A stretch of 43,763 nt of DNA from Octopus sinensis. Lineage: Eukaryota. A program made the translations under genes and the position numbers. Under the pieces are notes generated by a model. That model was given only the letters and a program-made list of their open reading frames with translations. It searched no databases and was not told where the DNA came from. Below are positions 36,676 to 43,763 of this stretch, one piece after another. The DNA lies in contig NW_021834957.1 in NCBI RefSeq assembly GCF_006345805.1, positions 1-43,763 of the forward strand, read 5' to 3'. Positions within the stretch are counted from its first letter, which is position 1. Each line of letters begins with the position of its first letter.

Positions 36676-37142
36676 TGTGTGTTTATTTATGTATGTAATG
36701 GATGCATGGAGAGATGGATGAATATCAACAAAGTTCAATTTCTAATTTTATCTGCGTGTTTTATTAGCTACGTGTTCTTTTCTTCTGTTGATTACAATCA
36801 TCGACAGAATGAATGCTCGATACTCAGAATAGCGAAATATGACTTATTGAACTTCTTATGAACATCAGTGTGTTCCAAAAAGATCTCCCTCATTTTACTG
36901 TTTGACAAACGTTTCAGCAATAACGCCGCTATATGCAGCTGTTCGGACCATTATGGTGACTGAAAATAAAAGAGAAAGCATTACTTACTCAAGAACACCA
37001 CTGTCAGCTTTCTAAATTCACCTGCTAATATGCATCGAAACAGAAAGAGGTTGTGGTCTTTCTTTTACATACTGTATTAAAAACAAAATGCTACATTCGA
37101 TACGGAGGATATTCATTTGTTTTTTGCTCATATATATATATA

Positions 37143-38294
37143 CTAGCATTAAAGACCCGTCGTTGCCGGGTTATAGTGCTAGTGCATGTATATATGTGTA
37201 CATATTACATGTACATCTATATATATACATCTACACATAAAATACAAAATACAAAGTTATATCTTGATATCGCTAATGATAACAATACTCAAAATATATA
37301 ACAGACTGGAATTGTTAGCCTGTCTCTTGTAATTTCGGTCAATTGTATCTTGTCCTCCCTCTTGTTTAGAGGTGTGACTACAATCCAGCCTACCTCTACT
37401 TCGGGGGGGGGGGGTATTTTTAATTTTTTTTCCGGGACGTCCCACGTCCCAGATATAAAGGTAAAAATAAAATATTTCCACTTTGCAAGTTCGAGTCGAG
37501 TACTCCCTTGCACGCTTCGTTGACTCGAACCTTGCTTCTATTGGGGCGAATTTACCGCCTCTGATAAGATACTTTTCATAGTCGCACCAAGACAGTTTTC
37601 GACGGTGTTTTCCTCCATATGTTCAAATCTTTTTTCTCTACATTGTATACTTTATAGACAATAGTCTTTTCTTTAATTTATTTTTTTATTATCCATCTGG
37701 ACTATTCCATTTCTGCACGCTAATTTTATTTTTTATTTATTCCCATTCATATGAAACCACATATTCAAGTTCAAATCATTGATGCAATTTTATACCAATT
37801 GCTATTTTCACTTTTGTTATGTTACTTTAGTTTCATTTTAATTATTACTTACTACATATAATTTAATTGTTATTATTATTTTTATTGTTAAAGTGAAAGT
37901 ATCTGACATAAAATAGAGAAACGTTTTTGTTTCACTTTTAACACGTAATACTGAAATATTGGAGAAAATATGATATTGCTATGGACTTGCTCTAGGCAAG
38001 AAATCGAACATTTTTTTTGCCCATGAAACTACATGGAACCTAAGTAAGGCATGTGTAAAATTTGAATGGAATTGGTTGTGTAGTTCTCAAGTTTTAGGGA
38101 ATCGTAGTGGAGAAGATATGATATTGCTGTGGGCTCGCCCTAGGCAAAGAGTTCAATTTTTTTTGCCGATGACACTCCCTGGACCCTTAGTAAGGCATGT
38201 GTAAAATTTGAATGAAATTGGTTGTGTAGTTCTCAAGTTTAAGGGAAACACACAGACAGACAGACACACATTCTTAGTTTTATATGTATAAAGA
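37143..38294 (-). mobile_element. Non-autonomous Helitron
   Basis: On the minus strand it begins A|TC at 38294 and ends CTAG|T at 37143. The subterminal hairpin acccg-tcgttgc-cgggt (37155-37171) lies 8 nt from the CTAG. No TSD. Confidence 0.75.
37961..38248. repeat. ~148-bp tandem duplication inside the Helitron
   Basis: ggagaa(a/g)atatgatattgct...gtagttctcaagttt(t/a)aggga starts at 37961 and again at 38109. Confidence 0.9.
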
Positions 38295-38454
38295 TATAGT
38301 GGTTATTTACAGAAAAACAAAAGATGAAGACAGGTGAATAAACAACAAACTGTTGAACGCTCGGAAAGGTGAGAAAGTCTTTTACGTTTCGCGCCTACAT
38401 TCTTCAACAGGAAGGAGCGCGATGAAATAAACACAGAGCGAATAAAAAGCTATA

Positions 38455-38465
38455 TAGAGAGAGAT

Positions 38466-38518
<53 letters not shown>

Positions 38519-38519
38519 T

Positions 38520-38592
<73 letters not shown>

Positions 38593-38595
38593 GAT
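38455..38595. repeat. (GATA)n array
   Basis: Direct reading. Confidence 0.97.
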
Positions 38596-38629
38596 TCAGA
38601 AATATATATATTTCTATATATATTAACTG

Positions 38630-39030
38630 GTTTCCGTAACGTATAAGAGACCGAATGTACAACACTTCCCCTGAACCGCACCCCAATCTATTGCAAGGTT
38701 ATTTACGGTTGGATAGATTAAGGTACTGTGAAATGACGTGTTTTTTCCCAAAAACAGAATGCACAACCCAATGTAATTTGCGCGTGCCTTCACACTTCTA
38801 AAAACAAAGGATAAAGGCCATTCGCATAGACTTGCAGGGTCTATTTCACGGATACTTTTGCATATAGACTATTTCCTGGACGGAATGCCAGTCTGTCGCA
38901 GCGATATTCACGTTTGCCAGCTTAATGGACTGGAGCAACGTAAAACAAACCGCTTTGCGCAAGAATACATTACATAACGTGGAACAGAAATTATACGATC
39001 ATAGATGCAACATCTCTTAGAACTAACCAA
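38630..39030 (-). mobile_element. Dimeric CORE-type SINE (head D + second degenerate unit)
   Basis: The head D/tail Y start runs into a body shared in inverted orientation with 41657-41975. Confidence 0.65.
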
Positions 39031-39538
39031 CGCTTCTCCAGTTCTTACTGAGCAATCATTGTGTGAATGCGTGCGCTTGGCATCAGGCGTAGAGGTGCTG
39101 AGCATTAATAAATGCGAAGATATTCGGCTTCATACAAACAACGTTTACATGCAGCACTAACAAACAATATAGCTTAACTATGGACGGTGTTGCACAGAAG
39201 TCGTAAGATACGAACCGAAAACGTCTGAGTTTGTGTGCAACATCCCAAAGTCATCACAATCGTAAATACACTCTTATAATTATCCATTTAATGCGAAAGA
39301 GACAGTGTGTAATAGAAATTACAGATCTATTTTCATTTACTCAATCCCACCACTGTATAATAGGGAGTGATACATACAGGAATATACGAACGCATGGACT
39401 CATATAGAAACACAAATATATACACATGGTCATATATATGAGTGTGCAAAAATATGAAAGTGTAATTCTGACACATGCAAACACGCACACACACAAACCT
39501 ACATTTATATATATTATTTCTTTTGAATATCATATATT

Positions 39539-39582
<44 letters not shown>

Positions 39583-39899
39583 TATTTCTTTTGAATATTA
39601 TATATATATATATATGTATACGTAATTATATTGGTATTCACATGCGTCTAACCATCTACATATTTGTATGTTTGTCAGAGTGAGGGCCTTTGAGATGGAG
39701 ACAGAACGTGTGAGCGAGTGAGTAAACGTACATTCTCTTTATGTATTTATTTAGTTATTTATTTAGTTATTCATTTATTTATTATGTGACTATGATTCAC
39801 TGTAGTCAATAAGACATTGAAACGACACAATATTAAAGACATAAAAGCCCTTGAAATAATTGACGAAAGAAAAAATTTCATAGAATAGAATGAATAAGG

Positions 39900-39946
39900 A
39901 CACATACATATACGTACTATATATATATATATATATATATATCTAT

Positions 39947-40020
<74 letters not shown>

Positions 40021-40164
40021 AACCTATGAATGATATACGCATGAATATACACACTGGTACATAAATATATATATGAATATATATCATGCATCTATATATA
40101 TATAGTGGTTAATAAAGAGATATAGATATAAATAATGTATATATACATACATATATATCATATG

Positions 40165-40200
<36 letters not shown>

Positions 40201-40390
40201 ATATATATGTATTTATATATATGTGTATATATGCATATATGTGCATATATGTATGCATATATATACGTATATTATATGTATGTATATATATATATATTTA
40301 TGTATATATATATATATATATATATCCATGTATATCTATATGTATGTATATATATATATACGTATGCATGTATCTATGTCTATATGTTTT
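39900..40390. repeat. (TA)n/(TATG) low-complexity block
   Basis: Direct reading. Confidence 0.95.
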
Positions 40391-41007
40391 TATGCGTGTA
40401 TATATCTACCTATATCTGGAGCTGCCGCACACTCACGCGCAAATTTCAGACACACAGTCAAAGCGAGTCATTGCCAGATAATAGAATGAGAAACCCTGTG
40501 GAACTGAATGATATTATCTCAGGTAACAATAAAGAGAAAAACACGAAACAACTCAGCCAACTGGATTGTAGACAAACAATTGGAAACAGAGCCAACACAA
40601 TACAGATCCATATGAATTTATCCTTCTGTTATCTGCGACGAGCGTACATGTATTACATATACATACATATATATATATATATGGATGGATGGATGGATGT
40701 GTGTGTATTTGTGTATTTTGGGGGCCCCGAAGATTGTGAGAAGAAACAAGTTTTGCTGTAACCTTGTATAATAAAGTTTATGCATAAGAGAAAGGAACGT
40801 GGTGCTATTATATACCGACGTTGTTTAGAAAGAAAGAGGTAGAAAAATCTATTTGTCTGTATTTTGTCTGTATATAAGTAGTTTTCATTTTACTTCTGTG
40901 ACGTACTACATTGTGTAACTCTTACGCAGAAATATATACTTATCATATTTTTTTTGTGTATGCATGTATATATGTGAGTATATGTGTCATATATTCAATA
41001 TATCTTC

Positions 41008-41115
<108 letters not shown>

Positions 41116-41140
41116 GAATATATATATATATATCCGTATA

Positions 41141-41255
41141 GGGCAGCATGGCTGTGTGTATGAAGCTTGCTTCCCACCACATGGTTCCGGTTTCAGGCCG
41201 ACAAAACCTTGTGAGTATAATAGGTGGACGGAAACTGAAAGAATCCCGTCGTATC

Positions 41256-41294
<39 letters not shown>

Positions 41295-41530
41295 TTGCCT
41301 GTGTTTTTGTGTATGTGTGTGTGTCTGCGTTTGTGCCCACAACATCGCTTGAAAAGCCGTGCTGGAGTGTTTACGTACCTGTAATCAAACGGTTCGGTAA
41401 AGAGACCGACAGAATATGTTCTAGGCTTACAAAGAATAAGTCCTGGGGTCGATTTCTCCGATTAAAGGCGGTGCTCCAGCATGACCACAGCCAAGTGACT
41501 GAAACAAGTAAAAGAATACAAGAATAAAAG
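41141..41530 (+). mobile_element. SINE family A with CORE region deleted
   Basis: The head joins directly to ccgacaaaaccttgtgagt; tail intact. Confidence 0.85.
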
Positions 41531-41584
41531 TATGTATATATATATCCCTGCATATTCATATACACCTGTATTTTGTGCATTCAT

Positions 41585-41637
<53 letters not shown>

Positions 41638-41656
41638 CACACATACTCACACGAAC

Positions 41657-41975
41657 AGGAAATAGTCTATACGCAAGAGACTCTGAGAAATGGACCCTGC
41701 AAGTCTATACGAAGGACCTTTATCCTTTGTTTTTAGAAGTGGGAGGGCACGTAGACTAATGTTTAGCCTCTTGCACGCGCGATTGCATTGGGTTGTGCAT
41801 TGTGTTTTTGGGTTGTGCATTCTGTTTTGGGGCAAAACACGTCATTTCATGTTACCCAAGTCCATCCAAACGTAAATGAATAACCATGCAATGGATTGGG
41901 GTCCAGTTCAGGGGAAGTGTTGTACTCACGGTCCCTTAAACGTCATGGAAACCAGTTAATCGACCTATGAGCTCT
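41657..41975 (+). mobile_element. 3' part of the same dimeric SINE, opposite orientation
   Basis: caggaaatagtctata..tttatcctttgtttttagaagtg..ttcaggggaagtgttgtac..ggaaaccagttaat is the reverse complement of 38630-38880. Confidence 0.75.
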
Positions 41976-41999
41976 AGATCTCAGGTGGGAACTTACTTA

Positions 42000-42368
42000 C
42001 TCTTTACTCTTTTACTTGTTTCAGTCATTTGACTGCTGAAGCACCGCCTTTAGTCGAGAAAATAGACCCTAGGACTTATTCCTTGTAAGCCTAGTACTTA
42101 TTCTATTGTACTCTTTTGACGAACTGCTAAGTTACGGGGACGTAAATACACCAGCATCGGTTGTCAAGTAATATTGGGGATAAACATCACACATACATAT
42201 ACATATATACGACGGGCTTCTTTCAGTTTTTTCTACCAAATCCCTCACAAGGCTTTGGTCGACCCGATGCTATAGTAGAAACCTTGCGTAGGTGCCACGC
42301 AGTGGGACTGAACCCGGACCCATGTGGTTGGTAAGCAAGCTTACTTACCACACAGCCCCTCCTGCGCC
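42000..42368 (-). mobile_element. SINE family A, full length, immediately downstream of the 5S copy
   Basis: ggcgcaggaggggctgtgtggtaag head at 42368; short internal microsatellite. Confidence 0.9.
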
Positions 42369-42380
42369 TAGATAAAAGAC

Positions 42381-42441
42381 GTTTGCAGCACCTAGGTTTC
42401 TCAAGCGATCACCCATCTAAGTACTAACTAGGCTCAACTTT

Positions 42442-42472
<31 letters not shown>

Positions 42473-42498
42473 GTTTACAAAGTAATATGGCCGTAAAC
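42381..42498 (-). rRNA. Full-length (118 nt) dispersed 5S rRNA gene or pseudogene
   Basis: Minus strand gtttacggccatattactttgtaaacaacggttctcgtccgatcaccgaagttaagcaaagttgagcctagttagtacttagatgggtgatcgcttgagaaacctaggtgctgcaaac aligns with the metazoan 5S consensus. A TTTT run follows 3 nt downstream. Confidence 0.9.
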
Positions 42499-43650
42499 GT
42501 ATTTAGAATCTACCACATGCTCTTATTGTGTTAGCGAAATATCTAAATTTTACAATAGCATCATATCTCTTTTTTGCTGTGTTACATTCATTTGTCGGCA
42601 CTTGCAAATATAGAATGATTTTCTTCAATGCAAATATATTATACAGCTGATTACTGTCTATCTTCTTAAAATATCAAAGGACCCGCCAGACTATGTAGTT
42701 CTCTACTCATAAAATAACAAAGAAATCAGTAGATTACATAGTTTTGTAGCTACGAAATGAAAAGGCGCACTCATCAGTGTAAGGTTAAGAAGCGTACTTT
42801 TGAAAGACGTCGTTTGGTTACAGAGCTACTGCGCGACACTTGAAGCAAGTATCTTCTGATATAGAATATAGCCCCGGGATAAAGGCTGACTTCTTAGTGA
42901 ATATAGGAGAGAGAAACTGTGTGGAAGCCCCTACAGAGGGTGGCTTTGGATACAAAAATATACTGGAGCATCAGTTAATTATCATTTTATTCATCATATT
43001 CCTTTTTCAGTTTCACGCATTTATTGCAGCTGTACGTCAGTTTTTCTAAGCCCTGTAAAAGAGCTCGGAAGTTTGGGCCTCCAGCCAGACCTTTCGCGAG
43101 ACCCTTAAAGCCAAGAACTTTTCAGCCCCCTTTGTACACATACACACACACCACACACACACAAACACACACACATATATAATATATTATATATATATAT
43201 ATATATATAGTGTAATAAATAAAATATATGCATACATACAACCATATATGTACGTACGACCATCTACATATGTATATATATACATGTCATATATAAATAT
43301 ATTATACGTACAGGATCACAGGAAGACGAAAAAATCAACAGAACGAAAACGGAGAAGACATTTTGTTACAACAGAAGGACATATATATATACAAAATTGG
43401 ACAAGAATGAAAAACATCCGGACAGCTAGGTGATACAAAAATGGGACAAGAAAACATCCAGATGGACGATACAAAGAAAACAGGGACGGTTCATTCGAAG
43501 TTTTCTTTTCTCAGTCAAGCACCTGATTATCCTCGCGATTTCGGCTGATTATACTTGAGATTGCTCCAATCTGGCCAGCCTAAATGGTCTGAAAGCTTTC
43601 ACACCCTTGGACATTTTATCTCATTCTGTTAATATATTTACATATATCTA

Positions 43651-43688
<38 letters not shown>

Positions 43689-43763
43689 AATTAAGGTATC
43701 TACAAGATACCACCATGCTGAAAATAGCAGCATGATCTGACTCTAAAACCACTTTACTTGTCC

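Noticed and set aside
40135-40761. 208-aa ORF, the longest in the track
   Set aside because: The first half is (TA)/(TG) repeat; the remainder has no recognisable domain.
42740-42780. ctgatgag on the minus strand as a hammerhead
   Set aside because: No GAAA core at a compatible position and no helix I.

Overview
Eukaryotic, AT-rich, repeat-saturated non-coding DNA. It is most likely from an octopus or other coleoid cephalopod (inference from the tRNA/CORE-type SINE families and the very high microsatellite density). No host protein-coding gene can be supported with confidence; nearly all ORFs in the track are microsatellite or antisense artefacts. Main contents: (1) a near-full-length Penelope-like retroelement (PLE; RT + C-terminal GIY-YIG, minus strand, ~14.6-17.7 kb) with a ~280-bp inverted copy of its 5' end and (TA)n flanks; every frameshift I could map in the RT/EN falls in a short homopolymer run. 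(2) A second PLE GIY-YIG fragment (~33.6-33.9 kb) with a minimal type-I hammerhead ribozyme motif ~360 bp downstream. (3) Two inverted copies of a ~420-bp MITE (GG-initiated TIRs, 8-bp TSDs, internal TTAGGG repeats) bracketing a SINE, with a readable insertion order. (4) About 27 SINE copies, including all four head/tail module combinations and a trimer. (5) A structurally intact 118-nt 5S rRNA copy 9 bp upstream of a SINE head. (6) A non-autonomous Helitron, mariner, piggyBac-like and hAT relics, local duplications and a perfect 35-bp hairpin. Family names and clades come from motif recognition by eye, not database searches.
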